From contig NC_042998.1 of NCBI RefSeq assembly GCF_006345805.1, positions 10,540,001-10,604,000 on the forward strand: a stretch of DNA of 64,000 bases, written 5' to 3'. Below the pieces are notes generated by a model, which was not told where the DNA came from, made no database searches, and saw only the letters and a program-made list of their open reading frames with translations. The stretch is from Octopus sinensis. Its lineage: Eukaryota. Made by a program: the position numbers and the translations under genes. Every line of letters starts with the position of its first letter. The stretch's first letter is position 1. Positions 26,086 through 38,885 of the stretch are shown here, in pieces.

Positions 26086-26609
26086 CACATTTCTCTGTAC
26101 TTGCGTGTAGGTGTGTCTGGTCCTCCTAACTGTAACAGTTATTACAAGGGAAACAATCATTTCGTCGTAATACGAAACATAATTAGAAATTTGAAAATTA
26201 AATTTAACGTTATAAGGAAGAGGAAACAGAATTCACATATTTATTATTTTTTTTGTTTACTTATTACGAAGTTCTTAAAATTTCTAGACGTTGGTAATTG
26301 TGTATAGTACTATTTTAATTATTTCAGAAATTATCAGTGTGACATAATCTGTGTTATATTAATTAAACATTTTATGAAGTGAGGAATTTCATTAAAGATG
26401 AAAATAATTACAGTCTGATGGAAATTTTCTTCGTGGGACGCTAGTAGAATAAAACTAGAATGAAGAGAGGGAATGTTGTTAGTGTTTACATGCCGAACAA
26501 TAAATGTTACTAGGGAATTCTACCTTGTAAAAATGCTTTGTATTAGCAAGTAATTTTGTTTTAGCAACAAACTTCGTGAACTGTTTTCATATATATATAT
26601 ATATATATA

Positions 26610-27002
26610 CTAGCAGTATCGCCCGGCGTTGCTCGGGTTTGTAAGGGAAATAACTATATAAGCATTTTTAGAGAGTTATGGCCAAAAAATAGCAAAAAAT
26701 GCATTAAAAATGGAAAAACAATGATGGTAAATTTTTTTTTAAATCGTTGACTCATCGTAGACATTTTTAGAGAGTTACTTCCCTTATATAATAGCGAAAA
26801 AATGCATTAAAATGGAAAAAAATGATGGTAAATTTTTTTTAAATCGTAGACTCATCGTAGACGCGCGCTAATACCCAGAAGGGCTCGATATGAATCACGA
26901 CTATAAAATACCCGGTTTTGGTTAAACTGCACCGCAAAATGTGGGAATAGTTAGGAATCTAAATCGTAGGAGACAGACACACAATTTGACTTTTATATAT
27001 AA

Positions 27003-27005
<3 letters not shown>
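26610..27005 (-). mobile_element. Non-autonomous Helitron (396 bp) inserted in a (TA)n tract
   Basis: Minus strand a|TCtttatatataaaag ... cccgagcaacgccggg hairpin ... CTAG|t; near-identical copy at 41804-42198; internal ~100-bp duplication. Confidence 0.9.
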
Positions 27006-27054
<49 letters not shown>

Positions 27055-27352
27055 GATGGACTCTCCTGTCGAAGACGATGTATGGGCTTTCAGCTTTTGC
27101 CGGACTACTTGTACAAATGATTTGTTAATAGTGATCAAATGCATGTACTGTACATTAGCTCACTCCCTCCATCAAATCGGCGTTGCCTGAACAGGTGCAC
27201 GGTGTACCACGCGTCAGGTGTCGAAGAGATCGCAGGGCAACGTGAGATGAAGTGTTTTGCTCAAGAACACACCACACCATCCGGTCTAGAACCTGAAACC
27301 ACGATCTCTCGATCGTGAGTGCGACACCTTAGCCACTATGCCATGCACCCTC
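27055..27352 (-). mobile_element. tRNA-derived SINE family D
   Basis: Head gggtgcatggcatagtggctaaggtgtcgcactcacgatcg.. followed by cttgagcaaaacacttcatctcacgttg; a degenerate relative lies near 33735-33840. Confidence 0.75.
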
Positions 27353-27473
27353 ATATATATACATACACACATACAAATGTGTCTGTGTGTATGTGTGCCC
27401 CAATTCTTGGCGTATAACCAAATGCTTAGAACTGCGAATCAACTAGGAGTATGAACCGAAACATATATATAGA

Positions 27474-27642
27474 CGCAGGAGTGGCTGTGTGGTAAGTAGC
27501 TTGCTAACCAACCACATGGTTCCGGGTTCAGTCCCACTGCGTGGCATCTTGGGCAAGTGTCTTCTGCTATAGCCCCGAGCCGACCAATGCCTTGTGAGTG
27601 GATTTGGTAGACGGAAACTGAAAGAAGCCTGTCGTATATATG

Positions 27643-27675
<33 letters not shown>

Positions 27676-27895
27676 ATATGTTTGTGTGTCTGTGTTTGTC
27701 CCCCTAGCATTGCTTGACAACCGATGCTGGTGTGTTTACGTCCCCGTCACTTAGCGGTTCGGCAAAAGAGACCGATAGAATAAGTACTGGGCTTACAAAG
27801 AATAAGTCCCGGGGTCGAGTTGCTCGACTAAAGGCGGTGCTCCAGCATGGCCACAGTCAAATGACTGAAACAAGTAAAAGAGAGAAAAAAGAGAA
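27474..27895 (+). mobile_element. SINE family B, full length
   Basis: tRNA-like head (gtggctgtgtggtaag..gggttcagtccc), CORE-like cttgggcaagt, internal (TA)(TG) tract, 3' stem-loop cagtc-aaat-gactg. Confidence 0.92.
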
Positions 27896-28030
27896 AAGGT
27901 TTTTCGCATCTGCCAATTTCTTTTTGAGCTTTACAACTTATAATTTATTTGTATTGTTATTATAAATAAAATGTCAACATCTTTAAATCATACGAATTAT
28001 TCATAGATCTAGCTTCCTCCATTTTCTTTC

Positions 28031-28085
<55 letters not shown>

Positions 28086-28089
<4 letters not shown>

Positions 28090-28300
28090 GCAGCGTGGAA
28101 GGTGTTTGTAAGCCATTTAAGAAACACACAAAAGCCGTTCGATTCACTTCAACATTTAAGTTTAATTTGTCAAAATATTTTCGTCGCTAAAATCCGCGAC
28201 CTGTTCAGACAATTTTTGTCAGAGAACAGGTCGCGGATTTTAGCGACGAAAATATTTTGACAAATTAAACTTAAATGTTGAAGTGAATCGAACGGCTTTT
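28086..28300. repeat. Perfect 77-bp inverted repeat (28130-28206 / 28224-28300) made of a hammerhead-like module
   Basis: Arms are exact reverse complements; the right arm reads ttgtca-GAGAACA-g-gtcgc(ggatttta)gcgac-GAAA-atat-tt-tgacaa. Confidence 0.9.
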
Positions 28301-30665
28301 TGCTTATATAAACCCCGGATGATAATTTCACCAGAAGCAAAGCATGTATTCGAAATCATTTGCGTATTTGTATCAAATTGTTTCAGTTACACTTAATTAA
28401 ACAAGTCAATTGTTGTTTTTCATTTGGTTCACTCTAATCACAAGCAGCCTTCGTCATGAACAATTTACCACCAAAAACCTGCTAAAACAATTTATCTTAC
28501 AGTAATGTACACACCAGGAAGTATTGCAGCATTTCACGTACACTTCTGTACTTCACTAGTATTTATTTTCTTGGCGAATTGAAAGGCAGAAAAGAACAGG
28601 ATGTAATATAATATTGTAATGTACGCTGCTTTACTGATTTAAACAAATCACAGCCTTGTAATAAACGATTAAAAAATAAATATTACGCTATACAAATAAA
28701 GATTATTTGGTAGATGGGGAGATCTTATGCTGTTGATGTTCCTGGTCACCGACCTAGTGGAATATTCTCTCATAAAACCTGGTGCTAGAAGATCGTTGAC
28801 GTGTGGTTCACAGCATGTGTCTGAAACCAAATTACATGGTTAATAATTACATTGTTAATAATTCTGCACAACTGTACTGAATTTTATTGTGGAATATTAA
28901 ATGATAGTGTTAACTAGAGAACCAAACGAAGGACTTTCCAGTGAATGCCTTATTCTAGGGTTTGCAATGGCATTGATTTCATCTTATACATATCTTTCTA
29001 GCAGCGGATTCTACGAGATGTTGTTCTGTATAAATCGGGTTGCACTTCTAAAAGATAGAGAATGATTTATCGAACATCGTTTTCAGTAAAAGGTTAATGG
29101 GAGGTTAATGACAGAGAGAGGGAGATGGAGGAGGGAGATAGATAAAGAGAGAGAGAGAGAGAGAGAGAGGGGAGAGAGAGAGATAACTCTTCCAATTAAC
29201 AAAGCCGGATCTAAAGATTATATCATAAATTGCTCAAACCTGCTTTAGCGATTAAATTGTGAACGAACTCCTGAAACAATGTCGTCATTGCTGTTGATTT
29301 AAAACTCTGAACGGATGCATGAGACAACATATTCCTTCTCTAATGATATTAGTTTCAAATTTTGACGCAAACTAGCAAGTTTTGGGAAGAGGCTAAGTCA
29401 ATTAAATCGACCCCAAGATTCCATTGGTACTTATTTTATCGACTCCGGCAGAATTTGAAGTCTTGTGTAATGATATTGATGTTTTGTCTTTAGTCAGCTG
29501 CGGTCGCATGGCGCTACTAAAAGGTCTCTACAGTTAAGTAGTGTCGCGACTATAAGTATTAGATACTGCTAAAAGAAATATTTGCAAGTAAAGAGGTACC
29601 CTCTGTTTGTAAACTGGAATATATTCTCCAACAAGTATTTTGTTTCTTTTTAAAAATATGCTGGTTAGTCCTGATCGAACAGTTCTATAATTAACTGTAA
29701 TCCAGCGGTAACCTGAGGCAGTATAGCTCAGACTACGTTCTCCAGTGGTTGTTTTTCTAAAGACAACAGAGTGTGATATAAAGGATTTTATTGCTATTTC
29801 TTGTAGGCCGAACGACAACGTAGTTTCCAAAGTTGGCTCTTCAAGAAGTAGCTAATCTCATATTCGTATTTCGACAATAAGATTTTTTCTGGTATTTATA
29901 TTGAAATGTGATACATTGACAGCATTTTCTCATCCTCCAGTTTATCGGGCTGACTTGGAATTCTATATGTAGTTCCTCGACAAGATAGGAATAGCACCCA
30001 ATCGTCGTATGGTTATATTCACTTATCCTAGAAAAGAACACATTAAATAATGTGGTCCTAAATATAATATGTATGGGAAGAAGACAGGATATTCGCTGCT
30101 AGAACGCCTATGATTATAGGTTTGTTTGATCAGAGATCACCGGGAGCTAAACAAGTAACGATAATTATGAACTAGCTTTCGCACAATAATGTCACCATTC
30201 TTCTTTAGGTTCCGAATGTCTTAGGACATCGTCGGGACGCTGCTTTCACTACTATTCCGGAAACACACAATCAGAAAGATATATTCTTAAGTTTTTCAGA
30301 GAACTACTTCATTTTTACGCAGCTTTCTAATATGCTTGATAAAAAAATGGTGTTTGGAAGCTATTTATAAAAATAGTCAACAGATGGGATCCAGATATTC
30401 TCAGTGTAGAAGACGCCTAGTAACGCTGATTCAAACTAAAACTCCGATGACTTTACAGAGGATCAATTCCACGGGGTAAAGAATGACTATAAGAAGGATC
30501 AAGCTGATCAGATATGGAGACAATTATGCGGATAAACAAATTAAATAGATTAAATATAACAGCTTGGGCATGAAATACAAAATAGGTATATATGTATAGA
30601 TGCAAAACGAGAGAAAGAAAAGTGTGATATCTTTCAGATGATGAATATTTAAGTATAGATATACA

Positions 30666-32150
30666 CAGGGGTTGGACAAAATAATGGAGACACCTTAAAA
30701 TTTCAAACAAAATTATTTTAATATGGGGTAGGACTACCTTTGGAAAGAATTACAGCTTGAATTCTATGAGGTATGGACTCGTACTAAGTTTGAATTGTTT
30801 CTAAAAGAATGTTTGCCCATTCTTCAGCTAAAACAGTCTCCAGTTCTTGTAGTGATGATGGTGGAGGATATCGACTCCTTGTTTTTGTAAAATGCACCAT
30901 AAATGTTCAATAATATTGAGATCTGGGGACTGTGGTAGCCAGATAAGATGTTCAGCTTCACTAGAATGTTCCTCGTGCCATTCAGTAATAACCTTAGCTG
31001 CGTGAATTGGTGCATTATCATCCTGAAAGATTGCGTTTCTCTCCGGAAACAGTTCTGCAACCTTAGGATGAATTTGATCAGATAAAATGCTTTAATAGTC
31101 CTGACTATTAATTCTACCATGAAGGGAAACCCTTGGGTCGGCTGATTTCCAAGATATATCCCCCCAGATCATCCTCCATGTTTAACAGTTGGAAGAAGGC
31201 AGTCTGGGTCAAATGCTTCTTTTGGCTATCTCAACACGTATACTCGGACGGTGGTTCGAAATAACGTAAAGGATGACTCGTCCGAGAAAATAACATTCTT
31301 CCACTGTTCTAGGGACAAATTCTATAGGTTTTTACTCCACTCTAAACGATTTGCAACGTTTGCTTTTGAAAGTAGTGGTATTCTGATTGCAGCCCTCACA
31401 TTAAATCCGGCTTTGTGCTGCTCCCAGTGAACAGTTTTTGTGGAAACCGGGTTCTCGAGGTGGCCATTAAGCTCTGCAGTAATTTTGGGAGCTGTACTTT
31501 GTGATCCTTTCTAACAATTCGCGTAAGAGTCCGACGGTCCCTATCAGAAAGTTTTTAGTTTTTTCTGGAGTTTTATTTCAACGAGGTTTTTCCCTCTTTC
31601 TCTAAGATTGTCATTACTAAGGCGGCGAGCTGTCTGAAACGTTAAAACGCCGGATGAAATGCTTAGCGATATTTCGTCTGTCTTTACGTTCTGAGTTTAA
31701 ATTTTGCCGAGGTCGACTCTGCTTTTCATCTTTTCGGGGTCGATAGATTAAGTACCAGTTGCGAATTGGGGTCGATCTAATCGACTGGTCCCCTTCCCCA
31801 AAATTTCGGGCCTTGTGCTTAGAATAGAAATAAACGGCTGTCATTACTTCCGAGACAGTACTTCTTGATACACCAAACATTTCGGCTGTTTTCGTTACGC
31901 TAGCACCTGCCATACGAGCACCAAAAATTTGACCTCTTTGAAAGCCAGATAGATCTGCCATTTTAATGAATTTTAATTACCTTTTTCTGACGATATCTGA
32001 AAAGAAACAGCAATGTTAGCAAAACATATTAAGCAACACTAATAATAAATCAAAAAACATAAAAATAAACAAGCTTTTGACGGTTTTATAGGTATTTCAA
32101 AATTATGATTCTATGATGCTAGATGTTTTCATTATTTTGTCCAACTCCTG
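30666..32150 (-). mobile_element. Full-length degraded Tc1 (DD34E) transposon
   Basis: TIRs cagg(g/a)gttggacaaaataatg; MADLS.FQRGQI.GARMAGASVTKTA, VIFSDES, FQDDNAPIH, WLPQSPDLNIIEHLW. Confidence 0.92.
31619..31838 (+). mobile_element. SINE family A nested in the Tc1 ORF
   Basis: TSD tgtcattact on both sides. Confidence 0.9.
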
Positions 32151-32158
32151 TACATAGA

Positions 32159-32467
32159 TATTTATATTAATAAATCTAACTTACACAGAGTACAAACGAC
32201 AGAGAAATTTAAGGAGAAGAAGTAAGGTATTATAAGTTCAACGGCTATTTCTGGGAACTCGGAGATCCATCATAATGTTAGTAGATGTAGTTCAGCCATG
32301 CAGTCCGTAATGGAAACAATCAACATATGAGATGAGTCACCCTCATCAGGGTAGAAAAGATCTTACATATCAGAAACAGCTGTTAGACTTATAACACCTT
32401 ACTTCCTCTCCTTTAATTTTTCTCTGTTGTTTGTGCTCTGTGTAAGTTTGATCTATTAATATAAATA
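32159..32467. repeat. Diverged ~95-bp inverted repeat with hammerhead remnants at the inner ends
   Basis: 32159-32255 is the reverse complement of 32370-32467 with scattered mismatches; cagaaacagctgttagac matches the 3' half of the HHR at 19342. Confidence 0.75.
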
Positions 32468-33989
32468 TCCATACATCTATTCTTAAATATTCATAATCTG
32501 AAAGTCTTCACTCTTTTCTTTCTCTCGTTTTCCATCTATACATATATACTTATTTTATATTCATACCCAAGCTGTTGTATTTAATTTGTTTATCCGCATA
32601 ATTGCTTCTATTTGTAGAAATATATGAGTTTAAGGAAAGATGTGCCTATGATTATTTTTCATTTGCAATGTGACAACACATGCCCGTCAAATCTAGCTGT
32701 GAGTGTCGAAGATATAATTACAAGTGACTTATTGCTAGAGACCCGCTCAGTAAAGTACCTTTGACAAAATTAAGATGTTCGAAATGCTATCGCATAAAAA
32801 ATGGCAAGCAGCCAAAGAGAGACAATATGTTGCCTTAACTATACAGTTATAAATTATCTTGTCTTCACTTATAAGTGAAAATATGTTGGATCGACTTAGC
32901 ATTTGATCTGATATACATTCTTTAAAATTGACGTTGGACTCGCATATGTCCTGAGAAACATTAGAGAGGAAAATACTCGTCTGTTATCTTGAACTCAATG
33001 ACACCCAGTGAAGAATAATATTAAGATAATGTCAGGATTGTATTTAAACATTTACTTTAAAAAATGGGTTAAGTAAATCACAATTGTATACAACATAGAA
33101 TAATGTATATAGTATTGAGGAAAAATCTCTGTTGAAGAAAAGCAATAACAGCTACGAGTACAAACTCTGCCTAAATAATATTTATCTAGAACATTTCCTC
33201 CACTTTCTTATCAAGCGAGCTTAATGTTAAATCAGTTTATAGATCTTTAACATCTCTACACTTGTTACTGTCGTTGTTCTGTTAGTAGTTTTGGGTAGCA
33301 TTTCTGAATTTTATTGTGGATGGAATATTGACATTGTTAGTGAAGATCCAAGCGAAGTACTTTTCAGTGGATACCCGATTCTTGCACATACAACTGTGAT
33401 TTGAAATGACATTGGCATTGATGTCATCTTATATATTACTTTGACTTCACGTATTGAAAATGTTTTTTTCAATTAACATATGTTATTCGATTAAATGAAA
33501 ATAGGCATGAATGTGTGTTGAAAGAGTTCGTTTAGCTAATGCATGTTTTCGGAATCATTTCCGCTATGTGACACGTCAGACAGGTGTCATCAGCGACTGC
33601 TACGGTCGATCAAAGACTTGCAAATGAAATTTAGAGAGGTGGGGGCGAGGGACGTTGTCGAAATTCGTCGGAGGTGACCGTTTTTGCTTCTGAGTGGTAC
33701 AATTGATCGGAGGTCAAGTTTAAGGTACTTGATCTAGTAGGTTAGGGTCTTGCACTCACGATCGCAAAATCATGATTTTGATTCTCGGACCGGGTGGTGT
33801 GTTGTGTTTTTGGGGGGCTAAATACTATATCACCTTCCTCTTTCTGACAAATATAGCCTAACTCAGAATAGGCAGCATAAGTGCATGTGGCTTGCGGAGT
33901 CACCTTTGAAGCAGAGCTACCAGCTCAATAACTCCTGATCACTAGATATTGATGCGGTGACCGCCAACGAGATTAGAATTTCCAATCTG

Positions 33990-34285
33990 CATGCCTTCAT
34001 ACCCATCTTTGGTTTCCTTATCTTTCAGTAGATCGGGATTGGGAGGCAGAGTTGCTACGTTGCCTCGGGAGGGTCTGGATCTTACGATGCGGACATTTTA
34101 CTTGGATCAGAAGGTACGTTGGTGGTCTTAGATGTGAACTGTAAGGAAAGGGGTACCTCCAAACTGATTGCTGTTTATTCTCCGACAGGGCGGAGAAACC
34201 GAATTTTTTCAGGCATCGAAAGATTTTTCTGGGACTGCCCCGACCTTTAGACCTAATGGACAACTAGAATACCATTTTCAACGAG
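33990..34285 (+). mobile_element. L1/Tx1-type AP endonuclease fragment
   Basis: Frameshifted GGRVATL..GLDL..FYLD.EGTLVVLDVN..KLIAVYSPT..FF..L(M)D(N).N.I pattern. Confidence 0.55.
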
Positions 34286-34587
34286 TCACTTATAGCGTGC
34301 CAAACTTACAGAGATTAAATTAGCGAATAATTGGTCTACTCTGAGCATGCACCTGTTAATTTGGGGAGACAGATGGGAAGAGGGCATTTGGTCTAGTGTT
34401 AAGTCGATCGCAGTTATTTGTGTGGATTGTATAAGCGTCCTCAGGAGAATTATTTCGTTTGGATATTTTGGTTATTCGTTATTTAACTGTTTACATGTCT
34501 TATTTAAGCCTATCTTGTGTTGTTTTGTACCGTCCTCGAGCTCGTTTGTAAATCTTTTGTGGTTAATAAAAAAAACATTCAGCAAGA

Positions 34588-36115
34588 AGGCACAAGAGTG
34601 GCTGTGTGGTAAGTAGCTTGCTTACCAACCACATGGTTCCTAGAATAAGTGCTAGGCTTCCAAAGAATAAGTCCTGGGGTCGATTTGCTTGACTAAAGAC
34701 GGTGCTCCAGCATGGCCGCAGTCAAATGATTGAAACAAGAGTAAAAATGTAAGCTGGCAGAATCCTTAGCATGCCGGATAAAATGCCTAGCTGCCTTTCG
34801 TCCGTCTTTAGGTTCTAAGTTAAAATTCTGTTGAGCTCGACTTTGTCTTTCATCTTTTCGGGGTCAATGAAATAAGTATTAGTTGAGTCCTGAGGTCAAG
34901 GTAATTGACTATCTCCACTAAAAATTATTGTTAGTAGTAGTAGTTGTAGTAATGGTAAGGCAGCAAGCTGACTGAATTGTTAGTACGTTGGACAAAATAT
35001 TTTGTAGCATTTTGTCTGGATCGTTATATTCTGAGTTCAAATCTAGAGGTCAACTTTGCATGTTATCCTTTCATAGTCAATTAAATAAAGTACCAGTGAA
35101 GAACTGGGGTGGATGTAATCAACTAACCTCCTCCGGACTTTTTGCTCAAAAACAACAAAATTTGTGGGGAAGGGGAAGTTGATTATATTTACCCCAGTGT
35201 ACAACTGCTACTTATTTTATTGGCTCTGAAAGGATGAAAGGTGAAGTTAATATGGTTTCAAATTTTGGCACAAGGCCAGCAATATAAGGGGGAGTTGTCA
35301 GTTGATTATGTTGACCTCCGAGCTCAACTGCTACTTATTTTATCAACCCTGTAAAGATAAAAGGCAAAATCAACCTTAGAAGAATTTGAGCTCAGAATGC
35401 AAAGAGCCTGAAAAAATGCCTCTAAGCATTTTGTGTAACATGCTAACGATTCTGCCAGCTCACCACCTTATTAAGAATAATGATAATAGTAATGTCTTCA
35501 GAGTTTTGGGTACAGGGCCAAAATAATAATAATAATAATAATAATACTTTCTACTATATGCACAAGGCCTGGATTTTGTGGACAGGAAGATGGTCAATCA
35601 CATCAACCCCAGTGCTCAACTGGTACTTAATCTATTGACTCTGAAAAGATGAAAGGCAAAGTTGAACTTGGCGGAATTTGAACTCAGAACGTAGCGACAG
35701 ACAAAATACCTATTTCTTTACTACCCACAAGGGGATAAACACAGAGAGGACAAACAAGGACAGACAAACGGATTAAGTCAATTACATCGACCCCAGTGCA
35801 TAACTGTTACTTATTTAATCGACCCCGAAAGGATAAAAGGCAAAGTCGACCTCGGTGGAATTTGAACTATGTAGCGGCAGACGAAATACCGCTAAGCATT
35901 TTGCCTAGTGTGCTAATGACTGCTAGTTTGCCAATCCTATCTACTATAGGCACAAGGCCTGAAATATTGGGATTACATCGACCCCAGTGTTTCACTGGTA
36001 CTTAATTCATCAACCCCGAAATGATGAAAGGCAAAGTTGATCGCGGCAGAACTGGAACTCAGAACATGAACACGAACAAAATACCACTAAGCCTTTCACC
36101 TAGCTTGTCACCTTA
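34588..36115. mobile_element. Dense SINE cluster: internally deleted family B plus six or more family A units in both orientations
   Basis: Repeated gaactcagaa/ttctgagttc and atgaaaggcaaagt motifs separated by (AAT)n. Confidence 0.85.
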
Positions 36116-36127
36116 ATAATAATAATG

Positions 36128-36675
36128 ATAAGCCAATGGCTCTCATGACTTCTGACTTCTGATCTTAACTGATTGGAAGAGTTATCATATACATGTTTTG
36201 TTTTGGTATAAAAGATGGGCTACAGCAAATATGCTGCTCAATACCACAGATTTACTTGTCAGTTTTTTGACCTTAACCAGTTGAGCATATCCCTCAGTGG
36301 TTGATGATATTTACACTTTTGATCATGAGCAAAAGTAGTGGAGGGGCATCATAGCCATGTGTTGAAAGGGATTCTTTTGGGTTTGAATAATTCATCTCTG
36401 GAAACATGAGTGTTTTATTCAACATCCTTAAACCCTTATTCAGGGACCTTTCGAATGGTATAGGCTACTCAACATGAAAAATATTGTAACTGGGCTCCAC
36501 CTGCAAGGTCATGTGCTGTCTATTTTGATGTGAGGACACCATGTCGTGCACAGATGGTTGTGATACATCTGCCTGATGTACTATTATCAGACAGGTGGTC
36601 ATAATGGGAATATTGGCTTTGAATATTTGGATCCCAGTGTCACTTTGATGGCATGCACTGCTATCTAACTCAATA
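36128..36675. repeat. Second copy of the unclassified (AAT)n-flanked ~600-bp repeat
   Basis: Colinear with 1400-1945. Confidence 0.85.
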
Positions 36676-37306
36676 ATAATGATAATCCTTTCTATTATAG
36701 GTACAAGGCCTGAAATTTGTGGGGAGGGAGATAGTTGATTATATTGACCTGTTACTTAACTTATCAAGCTCAAAAGAAGGAAAGGCTAAGTTGACCTCAG
36801 TTGAATTTGAACTCAGATTGTAAAGTCAGCCAAAAGCATTTTGTTCGGACTTCATAATAATAATGGCAATGACAATTTTGAAGAAAACAAAAGCAACAAA
36901 ATAAAAAAATAAAAAAGTAAAGTAAAGTAAAAGGGTCCCAACAAGTGAGTGAAACTATCTGTCTGAGAGCTTAATTATGGTGTATAGTGGCTATCATAAT
37001 AATATAATGGGGTCTTCCAGATATAAGTTCTGAGTTCAAATTCCACCAAGGTCGATTATGCTTTTTGTTCTTTCAGGGTCGATAAAATAAGTATCAGTTG
37101 AACACTGAGGTGAAAGTGATTGACTTAATCCCAGCTCGTAATTTTGTTGGCCTTGTGCCAAAATTTTGAAACCATCATGAGATAATATGGTGAGAGAAAA
37201 TGTTTTTAAAAATTCAAAAAACTTGACAAATGTTCGAAACCCTTTTTACTCAAAAGTAGCATGGTAAAAGATGAAGTGGAGGTGAAATAGGGTTCCAGAG
37301 ATTTAA

Positions 37307-37526
37307 CTCTTTAGCATTCAGATTAATCTGTCAGATGTAAAGCCTGTTTAATCACATTGTTTTAAATTAATTGTACAGCATCTTGTAACTCTGAGATTTT
37401 GATGATGTCCCTGTTTATTTTTAGAATGACTTTGTAGGGTAGGTGTGAGAGGTCAGAGCTGGTTGGTTTGAGCATAAAACAGGAAGACAATTTTGGCCTG
37501 ATATGGCCGGTTTAAACACTAAAGGG
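37307..37526. mobile_element. piggyBac-type MITE
   Basis: TTAA|ctctttag ... ctaaaggg|TTAA; same family as 58495-58713 and degenerate 38498-38708. Confidence 0.8.
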
Positions 37527-37669
37527 TTAAAGTTCTAGGAAAGAGCAGTGAGTGAAGAATGCTGACCAGTGAAGTGCAGGGTTTGGTGGGTGAGACAAAA
37601 TAGTGATGACAAGAGGAGGATAGATAAGGTATGTAGTAGCTTGCTTGTTTAGAATATCAGAAACTATTG

Positions 37670-38340
37670 TGATATTAGTTTCAAATTTTGGCACAGGGCC
37701 AGCAATTTGGGGGGAATAAATCGATTATTTCAACCCCATTCCTTGTTTGGTGCTTATTTGATCAACCCTGGAAGGATGAAAGGCAAAATCAACTTTGGCA
37801 GAATTTGAACTCAAAACATTAAGACAGACAAAATGTCATTGAGCATTTTGTCTGGTGTGCTAATGGTTCTACCAGCTTACCACCTTAGAAACTATTGTGA
37901 TATTGGTTTTGAATTTTGGTAAAAGGCCAGCAATTTCAGGAGGAAGAGGTATAGCTGATTACCTTGACCCCAATTCTCAACTGGTACTTATTTTATTAAC
38001 CAGGAAAGAGTGAAAGGCAAAGTCAACCTCAGTCAAATTTGAACTCGGAACATAAAGGTGGATGAAATGCAGCTAAACATTTTGCTTGGTGTACTGACAA
38101 TTCTTATCTCTTTATTGCTCACAAGGGGCTGAACATATAGGGTACAATCAAGGACAGACAAAGGGATTAAGTCAATTACATCAATCTCAGTGCGTAACTG
38201 GTACTTAATTTATTGACCCTGAAAGGATGAAAGGCAAAGTCAACCTTGGCACAATTTGAACTCAGAATGCAATGGCAGACGAAATACCACCTGGCGTTTT
38301 AACGTTTCTGCCAGCTCACCCCCTTTACTAACAATTCTGC
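37670..38340 (-). mobile_element. Cluster of three to four SINE family A units
   Basis: Repeated family A body and tail. Confidence 0.85.
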
Positions 38341-38885
38341 TAGAATTGTACTAACAATTCTGCTAGTTAATTACTCAAGAAAGTATTGAAATATTAACAG
38401 AATAGAAAGACAGAAACTCTTTGAGCCATTGGTAAGTGACATCTGAACTTTGTAGAGGATTGAAATAATTTCTGGCTTTTAGGAGAAAGCTTATTCTTTA
38501 GCCCTTTAAACTAGCCAAAATATTCTACCTTCTTTATGTTCAAACTGGCCAGATCTAGCCCCTCACACCTATCCTACCATATCATTCTAGAAATTAACAG
38601 TTATCTCATAAAATTCTCAAAACTATAAGACAATGCATGATTGATTCTAAACAATGTGAATAAATAAGCATTGCATTTGACAAAATAATCTGAATGCTAA
38701 AGAATTTAGTGTAAAATTATTAGAAGGGTCAACTTAGCCTTTTAACCTTTCACAGATGAAAACAGGCAAGTACTGGGCTTGATGGTATTTACTAAGCCCT
38801 TCCCCTCAAAACTATTTGCATTATACCTAAATTAGAAACAAATATTACACTGGTCTGCATGATTTTCTTTTTATTGACTGCATAC

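Noticed and set aside
16683-26307. Long ORFs of MYVC/HTYI repeats (up to 317 aa)
   Set aside because: Translations of (TATG)n/(CATA)n microsatellites, which lack stops in several frames; no evidence of coding function.
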